DNA from: a virus
Virus record (IMG/VR): IMGVR_UViG_3300013947_000002
Coordinates: 34,281 to 98,280 of that record
Direction: 5' to 3' (one strand)
Length of the DNA: 64,000 bases
Shown: positions 48,325 to 57,837 of the stretch, one piece after another
Layout of the letters: every line of letters starts with the position of its first letter
Position numbering within the stretch: position 1 is the stretch's first letter
The notes under the pieces: model-generated
Told to the model about the DNA's origin: nothing
Database searches by the model: none
Seen by the model: the letters and a program-made list of their open reading frames with translations, nothing else
Translations under genes and position numbers: made by a program

Positions 48325-49065
48325 ATGCGTTATATGGGCGGAAAGAGCCGAATCAGCAAGCAGATCGCGAATGTGCTGAACGGCGCAATGAGAGAGAGAG
48401 AGAGAGAGAGAGCATTCGTAAGCCTGTTCTGTGGCTCATGCGCCATTGAGTCAAAGGTACAAGCAGACGTTAAAATCCTCAATGACAAGCACTCCTATCT
48501 CATTGCTATGTGGCAAGCGTTACAGAATGGCTGGATGCCACCTGATGTAGTGACCAAGGAAGAATATTATCACGTTAAAGCCAATATGGACGAAGACCCT
48601 GCTTTGACCGGATTTGTCGGCTTTGGTTGCTCATTCGGCGGCAAATGGTGGGGTGGCTATGCTAAAGATAAACGTGGCGATGATTACTGCGGTCAGGCAA
48701 AGCGCAGCTTGATGCGCAACTATGTGGGTAAAGCCAAGTCTACTTTACAAAAAGATTTATCTGGTCTACAGATCGCTACATTCACTTGTCTTGATTATAA
48801 AGATGTAGAAATCCCAGATGGCGCGGTTGTATATTGTGATCCACCTTATGCAAACACAACGGGTTATACATTAGGCAAATTTGATACAGATGAATTTTGG
48901 GATTATATGCGCCAGCTATCTAAGCGATGTGATGTATATATCAGTGAGGAATCCGCGCCTGATGATTTTGAATGTGTCTGGAGCAAAGAGAAAGTAAGGA
49001 CGCTTGAAAAGAGCGACAATGTGAGTCGCGTCAAAGTAGAAAAATTATTTAAGTGTAAAGGTTAA
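48325..49065 (+). CDS. dam: D12 class (Dam-like) DNA adenine methyltransferase
   Basis: MRYMGGKSRISKQIANVLNGA, FVSLFCGSCAIESKV, VVYCDPPYANTTGY. Confidence 0.9.
   Translation: MRYMGGKSRISKQIANVLNGAMRERERERAFVSLFCGSCAIESKVQADVKILNDKHSYLIAMWQALQNGWMPPDVVTKEEYYHVKANMDEDPALTGFVGFGCSFGGKWWGGYAKDKRGDDYCGQAKRSLMRNYVGKAKSTLQKDLSGLQIATFTCLDYKDVEIPDGAVVYCDPPYANTTGYTLGKFDTDEFWDYMRQLSKRCDVYISEESAPDDFECVWSKEKVRTLEKSDNVSRVKVEKLFKCKG
48391..48412 (+). repeat. (AG)11 dinucleotide tract within dam-like gene
   Basis: ATG AGAGAGAGAGAGAGAGAGAGAG CATTC encoding RERERER. Confidence 0.95.
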
Positions 49066-49071
49066 AATATT

Positions 49072-51240
49072 ATGCCAAAAGCAAAACTACTCCCACAGCG
49101 ATTCTTATACCGTGACACCAAGACCGATTTTGCCATCCTGTCATGTAAGCTGGTTAATCCTGTTGCCGGTATAGAGACGCACCCTGTATATCACAACCTA
49201 ACATTGAAAGGTGCGAATATAGCCAACTTTGAGCTGAATCGCCGCATTGACTGTATCATCGAGCCAATCATTGATGAGAAGCATCCATACAGCTATAAAT
49301 TTATCAGCTTTGGCTCGTTTGAGGCAAAAGGCGGCAAATTCAAGTTGACAGAGAAACAGGAGTTACAGGCTCTACGCAGCTTGATGACGAATAGACAGGC
49401 TGAATCATGCCATGCCGCCTACCCTCACTTTGTCAGTATGGTGCTAAATGGCGAACAAGAACAAATCGACCCAAGCAAAATCAAGTATGTGAAGAACGTG
49501 CTGTTAAACCGTTATATCGCCAAAATCAAGTCAATCAATAACCGCATCGCATTTATGGAAGAAGCGGCTAAATGGTCTATTGAATCCGATGAGAACCTGA
49601 ATAAGATTGCGGCGCGATACGGCAATATTGACGAGTTCAAAGAGGACATTGAACAGAACCCATACAACGTGCTTATGGACGTGTTGGATTGGGGCTGGAC
49701 AAGGGCTGATAAGGCGGTAATGAAATATGCGCCATCTCTTGCTTGTTCATTAAATAGAGCCGAAGCCGCCTGTATCTATCTACTCAAGCGAAATGAGGAT
49801 GATGGCAACACGCGAATCGGCGCATCTGAGCTATTTGACCAGTTTGTGTCTCTATGCCCCGAATCGGTTAGTTATATCTATGAGGCAGTCACTACATCGT
49901 CTAAAATTTACTATGAGCCAGAGCGCAAGTATGTAAGCCGCAAATCGACCTATATGGCGGAATGCCATGTAGCTGAGGTCGTGAAGAAAAAAATAGCCAA
50001 TCCACATTATTATCCTATGAATTGGCAGAAGTTTACAAGCGTAGACGGATTAGATCTGACAGATGAACAATCACAGATTCTTGAGATGGCTTGTAAACAG
50101 GACGTAATGATGTTGACGGGGAGTGCCGGTTCTGGTAAGAGTCAGACACTCAAGGCCATTATTGAGATGCTTGAAGCTAACAACTATGGCTATACACTGC
50201 TAGCTCCAACAGGAATCGCCGCAAAGAGGATGCGTGAGGCAACAAGTCGTGAAGCCAGCACCATTCATATGTTCTTGCTGAGTGAAGCGATGGCGGGCGA
50301 TTATGTGTTGATTGACGAATCTGGCATGGTTGCAGTTGACCTGCTATCCGCTCTATTCAATAAGCTCAATGACAATACCAAACTCATCTTTATTGCAGAC
50401 CCATCTCAACTTGCTTCTATCTCATGTGGCAATGTTGTGCGCGATCTGCTTGATGGCGGCATCGTGCCTGTATGTAACTTAACCAAGGTGTTCAGATACA
50501 ACACGTCTGGTATCATAACCATTGCTACTGATGTACGAAATGGTGATAGTAGCCATCTGACAGATACTTTCACGGATTATAAGTTTGTTGAAATTGATAC
50601 ATTACCAATCAAGCAAATTGAGCGAGAATATGCGGCGCTGTTGGCTAGTGGCTATGGGCAGGATGATATATTGATTCTGTCGCCATTCAATAAGGGGCAA
50701 TGCGGCTCATTGGTTATCAACAATTATATCCAAGATAAATTTAACCCAAATCCACCTACAGATGTTGGCTGGACGATGAATGGTGTAGAAGTCAAGTTCC
50801 GTGTTGGTGATAAGGTCATCAATAAAAAGAATGAATATCGTATGCCGCTTGCCGATAGAGATGATACGGCGTTTGTAGCTAATGGCGACATGGGGCGCAT
50901 CGTGGATATTGAGCCTGATGATAAAATGCCACAGATGGTCGTGCATTTTGATTGCGGTGATTGCCTGGTTGATAAGGCGCATATCAGTAGAATGTTGCTA
51001 GGATATTGTATCAGCACACATAGCAGCCAGGGCTGTCAAGCAAAGGCGGTGATTGTGGTGGTAGATAGAAGCCATATGCGGCTTATTTCGCGTAACCTGC
51101 TATACACTGGGGTGTCAAGGGCGCAAGAGCGGCTAGTAGTAATTGGCGATATGGAGGCGATTGAGGCAGGACTAAATGTGCAGGAAGAAAAATGTAGGAA
51201 TACGTGGTTGAGAGAGGTGTTAAAGGATGGCGTTGATTAA
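49072..51240 (+). CDS. recD2: RecD2/UvrD-family helicase
   Basis: MMLTGSAGSGKSQTLKAII, LLAPTGIAAKRM, LIDESGMV, LIFIADPSQLASI, STHSSQGCQAKAVIVV, YTGVSRAQERLVVIG. Confidence 0.9.
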   Translation: MPKAKLLPQRFLYRDTKTDFAILSCKLVNPVAGIETHPVYHNLTLKGANIANFELNRRIDCIIEPIIDEKHPYSYKFISFGSFEAKGGKFKLTEKQELQALRSLMTNRQAESCHAAYPHFVSMVLNGEQEQIDPSKIKYVKNVLLNRYIAKIKSINNRIAFMEEAAKWSIESDENLNKIAARYGNIDEFKEDIEQNPYNVLMDVLDWGWTRADKAVMKYAPSLACSLNRAEAACIYLLKRNEDDGNTRIGASELFDQFVSLCPESVSYIYEAVTTSSKIYYEPERKYVSRKSTYMAECHVAEVVKKKIANPHYYPMNWQKFTSVDGLDLTDEQSQILEMACKQDVMMLTGSAGSGKSQTLKAIIEMLEANNYGYTLLAPTGIAAKRMREATSREASTIHMFLLSEAMAGDYVLIDESGMVAVDLLSALFNKLNDNTKLIFIADPSQLASISCGNVVRDLLDGGIVPVCNLTKVFRYNTSGIITIATDVRNGDSSHLTDTFTDYKFVEIDTLPIKQIEREYAALLASGYGQDDILILSPFNKGQCGSLVINNYIQDKFNPNPPTDVGWTMNGVEVKFRVGDKVINKKNEYRMPLADRDDTAFVANGDMGRIVDIEPDDKMPQMVVHFDCGDCLVDKAHISRMLLGYCISTHSSQGCQAKAVIVVVDRSHMRLISRNLLYTGVSRAQERLVVIGDMEAIEAGLNVQEEKCRNTWLREVLKDGVD

Positions 51241-51627
51241 ATGAATTATGAATTTCATGTAGGGGATTATGTTAAGACAAGAGCTGGATATATCGGGTAT
51301 ATTGATAATGTCTCCGACTTGGGAGATGGGAACATTGTAGTTCGTGTACGTTGCGAAGATGAAGACCTTGTGCCCTTTAAAGTTAATGACTTAAATGTCA
51401 CAAATAATTTTCTTCGTATCGGCGCATATGATTTCACTAAGAAAGAAAAGAAGAAGATTGAACATCTTGAAAAAGACTTGCCAGTAGAGGGACGAATTAA
51501 AGATAAAACGGTTGAATTTAAGCAATACTTTAGCGATGGAGAGTACGTTAAGTTTGTTTATAATGGCAAGATGATTGATAAAATCAATGAGCTTGTTGAT
51601 GCTGTGAATAAATTGATGGAGAAATAA
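51241..51627 (+). CDS. Hypothetical protein
   Basis: 128-aa ORF. Confidence 0.6.
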   Translation: MNYEFHVGDYVKTRAGYIGYIDNVSDLGDGNIVVRVRCEDEDLVPFKVNDLNVTNNFLRIGAYDFTKKEKKKIEHLEKDLPVEGRIKDKTVEFKQYFSDGEYVKFVYNGKMIDKINELVDAVNKLMEK

Positions 51628-51629
51628 AA

Positions 51630-51848
51630 ATGACAAGAACAACGTGTGATATTTGTGGCAAACTAATTACTGATAATAGAGAGAGATGGCTCGTGTCAAT
51701 TCAATCTGCAGTTGGCGTTAACGTCCTTAAATATGGGCAAAAAAATTGTGAGCTGACCATTTGTGATGTTTGCCAAGATTGTGCCGATTCAATTTATAAT
51801 TATGTTCAAACACTAAAAACCACTCTTGACAAATCGATCGAGGTGTGA
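51630..51848 (+). CDS. Small zinc-binding hypothetical protein
   Basis: TTCDICGKLI...CDVCQDC. Confidence 0.55.
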   Translation: MTRTTCDICGKLITDNRERWLVSIQSAVGVNVLKYGQKNCELTICDVCQDCADSIYNYVQTLKTTLDKSIEV

Positions 51849-52067
51849 TAATATAGATGACAAGGAGGTAATGCGATTGACAAAACAGCAACTAATCAAC
51901 AATTTGTCGAAAATGCGTACAATGGCTGAAGATACGGCACACGTCCGTATCCATATTGGCAACCAGCTCCATGACATTGACAAAATTGATACAGTAATTG
52001 ACATGGATACAAATAAACCAAATATTGTTATTCATGTTAAAGATAAATAAAAGGAGGATGATGATTA

Positions 52068-52385
52068 TTGTTTGTAAATGAGGTATATGAGTCTATCTGG
52101 AAAGACCGATACCAAAAGGATGGTGAGTCATATGATGAGCAACTATGGCGCGTAGCTGAATTTATTGCTAGAGCAGAAGATGATAAGCCATATATGTGGG
52201 CTGATAAGTTTTACTCAATTATGAAAGAAGGTTATTTCTTTCCTGCTGGTCGTACCATGAGCAATGCTGGCGTTGGTGAAAAACTAACCCTCAATAATTG
52301 CTTTGTCGCGCCTATTATTGGCAATAGTATGGAGCAGATTTTTGATGCGGTTAAGCTAGGCGCTATGACACATAAGGCTGGAGGT
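52068..52385 (+). CDS. nrdJ: Class II (B12-dependent) ribonucleotide reductase, exon 1
   Basis: FFPAGRTMSNAG...LNNCFVAPIIGNSMEQIFDAVKLGAMTHKAGG. Confidence 0.9.
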
Positions 52386-53250
52386 AAACACAATTCTGCC
52401 TCCCTGTGCAGTAATGCACAGTAAAAAATTCTGTGAACCTATAAATATAGGGTGTGGTTTTGACGTTTAGTAGTTATAGGAAATGATAATTAACAAAACC
52501 GCTAACGGGGAAACCTAAGTCAATACGATATGGCAATCCCGTGGAAAGTTGCTTGGTTTAAGAGAAAAAATAAATAAGAGAGGAGGATTCAATGTGAATC
52601 ATGTAGAAATTTCAGATTATCCGGGTTATGAAATTTTTGAAGATGGTCGCGTGTTTTCAAAATATACAAACAAGTTTCTAACATCAAAGATTGATAGATA
52701 CGGATATAGCGTATATCATTTAAGACGTGGTAAAAATGAATTTCCAACAGCGCATAGATTGGTTGCGTTGGCATTTATTCCCAATCCGAATGGTTTTCAA
52801 TCTGTAAACCATAAAGATGGAAATAAACAGAATAATAATAAAGACAATCTTGAGTGGTGTTCTGAATCATATAATAGTTGGCATAAATGCAACATCCTTA
52901 ATGAGAAACCAATCAGATATGGAGATAAACAAGTTGTGGCTAAAAATACAATAACTAACGAAGAGATATTGTTTAATTCAGAATCTGATGCTGCGATATT
53001 CTTTAATGTATCACAAACAACTATCAGTCGAAAAATTTTGACCAAACATATTACACCTAAAAGATGTAAGACACAAAATTGGCTGTTTGAATTTAAGTAA
53101 CTCAAAAACTCTTAAACCAAGTAAAATCTCTAACGACTATCCATAATGGAGTACAGCATAAGCGAAATTCTTATGTTGGAAGTGCAGAACCCCAACAAAT
53201 AGTTGGGTGAAGATATAGTCTAAACTATTATGAAAATAATAGAATCAATG
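52386..53250 (+). other. Group I intron 1 in nrdJ (865 nt)
   Basis: GGT|AAACAC ... TCAATG|GGAATTGG; AACGACTA...ATATAGTCTA; removal gives THKAGG|GIGYAFSNLAP. Confidence 0.85.
52594..53100 (+). CDS. Intron-encoded HNH endonuclease (I-TevIII/HNH_3/NUMOD4-like)
   Basis: GYEIFEDGRVFS...HRLVALAFIPNPNGFQSVNHKDGNKQNNNKDNLEWCS; RBS GAGGAGG. Confidence 0.9.
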   Translation: MNHVEISDYPGYEIFEDGRVFSKYTNKFLTSKIDRYGYSVYHLRRGKNEFPTAHRLVALAFIPNPNGFQSVNHKDGNKQNNNKDNLEWCSESYNSWHKCNILNEKPIRYGDKQVVAKNTITNEEILFNSESDAAIFFNVSQTTISRKILTKHITPKRCKTQNWLFEFK

Positions 53251-53752
53251 GGAATTGGATATGCGTTCAGTAATCTAGCCCCCAATGGCTATAAGACGCG
53301 CAATGACGCTATTGCATCTGGCCCAGTTAGTTTTATGGATGTATTTAATGCTCAGACAGCTACGGTGCAGCAAGGTAGCAGGCGCGGCGCAAACATGGGT
53401 ATGCTCAGTGTGTATCATCCTGACATCCTTGAATTTATACGCGCCAAGTCTGCAACTGAAGGACGGCTTAATCATTTTAATCTATCCGTAGTTGTAGATG
53501 ATGCTTTTATGCAGTTAGTCATTGCCGATGGTCAAGTTCAGTTGCATTGGCCTATTTATGATGAAAAGGGCAATAAGTTACCACCAGCCAAGTGGGATAA
53601 GCAGTTTACCAAGCTAGTGCCAGCTCGTGATATTTGGAATGAAATCATGAAGATGGCATATGATAATGGTGAGCCGGGCGTATTCTATGAGGATAATGCT
53701 AATAACCGCAATCCTGCATGGTATGTAGAAAGAATTGTATGCAGCAATCCGT
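53251..53752 (+). CDS. nrdJ: nrdJ exon 2
   Basis: GIGYAFSNLAPNG...GSRRGANMGMLSVYHPDILEFI...NPAWYVERIVCSNP. Confidence 0.9.
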
Positions 53753-53922
53753 TAGCCGTATAAACGTGCGGATGTAAAATCTCCTCTGATTGACTTGGAC
53801 GCTGAATACACAGCTACAAGGGGCAAGGGTAATGCTAGCCTGAACGACTAAGCGAGGAGACCCCAAGGGGATGCGATAGTCTAGCGCACGATGTGAAATG
53901 TATTTGATACACATTGTGTGAG
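53753..53922 (+). other. Small ORF-less group I intron 2 in nrdJ (~170 nt)
   Basis: CCGT|TAGCC ... GTGAG|GCGCTGAA; AACGACTA...GATAGTCTA; removal gives SNPC-AEYLAG...CNLGS. Confidence 0.75.
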
Positions 53923-55463
53923 GCGCTGAATATCTAGCAGGTACAATCAATTCAATCGGCCCGTCGCAGTATGGCGGTGCTTGTAACCTCGGCTCATTGT
54001 TCCTTCATAATTTTGTTCGTAATCCATTTACTAAACAGGCACATCTTGATACTGAAGCCCTACGCGATACAATTTCTATTGCTGTCCGTATGCTTGATGA
54101 TATTATTGATGTCAATAAATTCCCCGACAAGATTTATGAGAATTATCAGAGGGGTATGCGCACCATTGGTATTGGTATTACAGGTCTAGCTGATATGCTT
54201 GCTATGCTAGGCATGAAGTATGACAGTCAAAAAGCAAGAGATTATGTTGAATCTCTAATGCAAATGATTACAAATGCTGAATATTATGCCTCTGTGCAAC
54301 TTGCTAAAGAAAAGGGTTGTTTTCCTCTGTGTGAGCCCGACAAGCATATTGACGGCGCATATGTCAAGGACGTCCTAGAAAAAGACGTACTCGATGAAAT
54401 GGCCGAGTACGGTATTCGCAATGCCAAGATTCAAGCCGTTGCCCCATGTGGCACAATCTCTATAGTATTCGGGAACAACTGCTCTAGCGGCATTGAGCCG
54501 ATTTTCTCTCTGAGTTATGACCGCAAGGCAAAGATTGGCGGTCAGGATGATAAGGATGTCAAAATCGTCAAGATGATGGACTACGCTTATTATCTATATC
54601 ATAAGCTGAAAGATGAAGGCAAGCTCCTAGATTTTGATGAACATGATATTTTCCCAACCGCTCTCAATATGTCTGTTGATGACCATGTAGCTATGCTTGC
54701 CATTATTAGCAAATACACCGACATGAGCGTTAGCAAGACAATCAACGTTCCTACTGAAGCATCGTTTAATGAAGTCAAGGACATTTATATGCAATGCTGG
54801 GAAAAAGGCATTAAGGGTTGCACCATCTTTAGACCTAATGCTATTCGTCAGGGCATTTTGCTGACTGATAATAAGCAAGGCGAAGAAAAATCTGAATCGA
54901 TGGAACCACCAACTCTCCCTCGCGGTTCAATCATCGAGCCAAGCAATGACCTGATTGGCAAAAAGCGCAAGATTCAGACAGGATGTGGCAGCTTACACGT
55001 CATCGGCTTCTTTGACCCCATTGATGGCAGTCTACAAGAGGTATATTTCAACAAAGGCTCGACAGGCGGATGCCAGAATTTCATGGTTGGTCTGAGTCGC
55101 GCAATCAGCCTACTATGCCGTGCCGGTGTAGATATTATGACCATCAAAGACCAGCTTGATTCAACAGGTGTATGCCCCTCTTATGCTACGCGCAGAGCAA
55201 CCAACCATGATACCAGTAAGGGGTCTTGTTGCCCCATGGCTATTGGCAATGCTCTAGTTGATATGTATAATGAGATGCAAGCAGAGCTAGATGATAAAGA
55301 GGATGACGATAAGCCGGTAAAGAAAGTACCGATTAAATCCGAGATTGGCAAAGTAAACGTATTAAATACGAACAATGGTGTATGCCCTGAATGTGGCGAA
55401 CCGCTTGTGTTTGAGGGCGGTTGCTGCACCTGTAAGTCATGTGGATATACAAAGTGCGAATAA
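53923..55463 (+). CDS. nrdJ: nrdJ exon 3 with C-terminal zinc ribbon
   Basis: AEYLAGTINSIGPSQYGGACNLGSLFLHNFV...VAPCGTISIVFGNNCSSGIEPIF...CPECGEPLVFEGGCCTCKSCGYTKC. Confidence 0.95.
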
Positions 55464-55481
55464 ATAAGGAGGATTAACCAA

Positions 55482-55706
55482 ATGACAGAACCCCGTATCA
55501 ATTTCTATAAGAATCGACTAGGTGATGAGGACTGGATTTGCTCATGTGATGAACTTGACCTCATGTCCGAACCAAACAAAGGTGACCTACTATGGTTGCC
55601 CCTAGATGGTGATGACGAAGGCCGCGAGATGTATGTAGTCATGCAGAAATATATCTCAGGTGATGAAATTGCCTATTTCTGCAAGCCATATAATTGGGAG
55701 GATTGA
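55482..55706 (+). CDS. Hypothetical protein
   Basis: ORF with RBS AGGAGG. Confidence 0.55.
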   Translation: MTEPRINFYKNRLGDEDWICSCDELDLMSEPNKGDLLWLPLDGDDEGREMYVVMQKYISGDEIAYFCKPYNWED

Positions 55707-55707
55707 G

Positions 55708-55950
55708 ATGAAGTACCTACTAAGATTTTTTATCAACTATGCAAATTGTTGCAAAACAAAACATCAATATGAATACACTTATGCCGCCCGTATGCTAGTG
55801 CCACGCATTGGTGAGCACGTCTGGCTACCAACAGAAGATGGGCTAGGTGCTAGATATCTAGTTCGCAATGTTGAATACGACCTATATAACAGTAGAGATA
55901 TTAATATATATGTCGTAAAAGATGATGAAGCAGATGAGGAGGATTACTAA
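55708..55950 (+). CDS. Hypothetical protein
   Basis: 80-aa ORF. Confidence 0.5.
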   Translation: MKYLLRFFINYANCCKTKHQYEYTYAARMLVPRIGEHVWLPTEDGLGARYLVRNVEYDLYNSRDINIYVVKDDEADEEDY

Positions 55951-56160
55951 TTGCCAGATTATTTTGTTGAGTTGAAGAAACATCCAACAGATGACGATTG
56001 GGCATGGTGTAAATATTGCACGTTGAACACAGTGGGGAAGAGCGCAACAGCTCTTCCCTCCGATGAATGGAAACGCAAGCTAATCGCATCTGAGCATAGT
56101 CCACTTAGAGAGTTATGGTTTGGCGTTCATATGGTCATCCCATATTGGGTGTCAGTGCAT
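55951..56160 (+). CDS. thyX: Flavin-dependent thymidylate synthase ThyX, exon 1
   Basis: SEHSPLRELWFGVHMVIPYWVSVH, joined in frame to FVRHHIG. Confidence 0.85.
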
Positions 56161-56296
56161 TAACATAAAAGTGCCCTTACATAGTAATATGTATTGAAAA
56201 CTCCGTTAACTTGTAATTGCAAGGTGTGAAGTTAACTTTTTAAGGTCGGCAAGGAAATATGCCGTTTATAACTTTGCTAACAGGGGAAATCTAAGG

Positions 56297-56325
56297 TTGA
56301 CACTATGACAACCCTGTGCTATAAT
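56297..56325 (+). promoter_or_regulatory. Intron-internal promoter TTGACA-N17-TATAAT for the homing endonuclease gene
   Basis: TTGACA 56297-56302, TATAAT 56320-56325. Confidence 0.75.
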
Positions 56326-56349
56326 TAAAATGTCCAGAGAAAGAAGGAG

Positions 56350-57054
56350 GTGAGAATTTTGAAGAAAATTAACATAGTTAACAATATTTATTCTTCCAAT
56401 CATTACGGTGATTTTATTGTAGAGAAAGAGCTAAATTCGCAAGGAACAAGCACATATTATCAAGTCCGCTTTTTGAAAACTGGTACAGTATGCAAGGCTG
56501 AAAAACATAACATTAAAAAAGGTTCCGTAGCCGATTGCTATGCTAAAACAATTTATGGTGTTGCTTGTCGAGGGCAAGCATCTTCCAGACATCCTACTTT
56601 AAACAAAGTAGCTTTTAAGCGTTGGACGGCTATGGTGTCCCGTTGTTATAATCAAAATGATATTGGTTATAAATCTTATGGTGGTAAAGGTTATACCGTA
56701 TCTGATAGTTGGCTTTGTTTTGAAAATTATATACGAGACATTGTTGATATTGAAGGTTTTAATGAAGAAAAATATCTCAAAGGCATCATTCAATTGGATA
56801 AAGATATTAAAGCCCCCGGTAACAAAGAATATTCTGCCGACAAGTGCATATTTCTAAATGCTTCTATTAATAAGAGAAATCAACCTTCAAAGCAAAGAGA
56901 TTTTTATGCTATTTCACCACAAGGACAACAATTCATATATAATAACGCTAATGCCTGTGCCAAAGAAAACAACCTAACCGCAAGAACTATCTTAAAATGT
57001 TTGAAAGGTCAATTCTCACAACACAAAGGCTGGACATTCAAATATGTAGTCTAA
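56350..57054 (+). CDS. Intron-encoded homing endonuclease-like protein
   Basis: KVAFKRWTAMVSRCYNQNDIGYKSYGGKGYTVSDSWLCFENY...LDKDIKAPGNKEYSADKCIFLNASINKRNQ; inside thyX intron; RBS AGGAGGTG. Confidence 0.75.
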   Translation: MRILKKINIVNNIYSSNHYGDFIVEKELNSQGTSTYYQVRFLKTGTVCKAEKHNIKKGSVADCYAKTIYGVACRGQASSRHPTLNKVAFKRWTAMVSRCYNQNDIGYKSYGGKGYTVSDSWLCFENYIRDIVDIEGFNEEKYLKGIIQLDKDIKAPGNKEYSADKCIFLNASINKRNQPSKQRDFYAISPQGQQFIYNNANACAKENNLTARTILKCLKGQFSQHKGWTFKYVV

Positions 57055-57181
57055 CGACTATCTCGAAAGAGAGTAGAGCAATTATGAAATGAATTGCTCG
57101 AAAAGCGGAGAACCCATATCTTTATGGGTTGTGATATAGTCTACTCCCCTAATAAATATCGGGAAACCGAGGGTATAAAGG

Positions 57182-57517
57182 TTTGTACGTCATCATATCG
57201 GTTGTAACCACTATGTCCAATCTCAGAGAAATGATAGACAAGATAAATACGACCGTAACAAAGCGCCGCAAGATGAGCTAGTCAGTCATGTTATGTCGAT
57301 TAACGCCCAAGAGCTTGTATTTATGTCCCATAAGCGCCTGTGCAATCAAGCATCTCCTGAAACACATAAGGTAATGCAACAGATTGTTGATGAGGTGATT
57401 AAAACTAATCCTGAATTTAAGGATTATCTAGTGCCGTTATGTGAATATAGAGGCGGTTTATGCACCGAGTTCCATCCATGTGGATATAATAAAAAATTTA
57501 AGGAGAAGCAAGAATGA
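57182..57517 (+). CDS. thyX: ThyX exon 2
   Basis: FVRHHIGCNHYVQSQRNDRQDKYDRNKAPQDELVSHVMSINAQELVFMSHKRLCNQASPETHKVM. Confidence 0.9.
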   Translation, partial: FVRHHIGCNHYVQSQRNDRQDKYDRNKAPQDELVSHVMSINAQELVFMSHKRLCNQASPETHKVMQQIVDEVIKTNPEFKDYLVPLCEYRGGLCTEFHPCGYNKKFKEKQE

Positions 57518-57837
57518 CTAAAATTTTTATCTCTCAGCCAATGAATGGCAAGACAAATGAAGAAATCCTTAAAGCGAGAGAAGATATTACTACTAGATTA
57601 TCAGCGCAATTTGCTAGATGCAACACATATATTGAGATTATTGATTCGTTCTTCAAAGATGCCTCACACGATGCCAAGCCTCTATGGTATCTAGGCGAAT
57701 CAATTAAGTTAATGAGTGAAGCAGACATTGTGTTCTTCTGTGACGGTTGGCAAGCCGCTAGAGGTTGTCAGATTGAGCATGATTGCGCTCTTGAATATGG
57801 CATTGATACTATGTATGAGGAGGATTTAATTTGTTGA
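57514..57837 (+). CDS. DUF4406/nucleoside 2-deoxyribosyltransferase-like protein
   Basis: KIFISQPMNGKTNEEI...WYLGESIKLMSEADIVFFCDGWQAARGCQIEH. Confidence 0.85.
   Translation: MTKIFISQPMNGKTNEEILKAREDITTRLSAQFARCNTYIEIIDSFFKDASHDAKPLWYLGESIKLMSEADIVFFCDGWQAARGCQIEHDCALEYGIDTMYEEDLIC

Larger units (their letters stand above)
56161..57181 (+). other. Group I intron in thyX (1021 nt)
   Basis: CAT|TAACAT ... ATAAAGG|TTTGTACG; AACGACTA...GATATAGTCTACTCC; removal gives YWVSVH|FVRHHIGCNHYVQSQRNDRQD. Confidence 0.9.
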
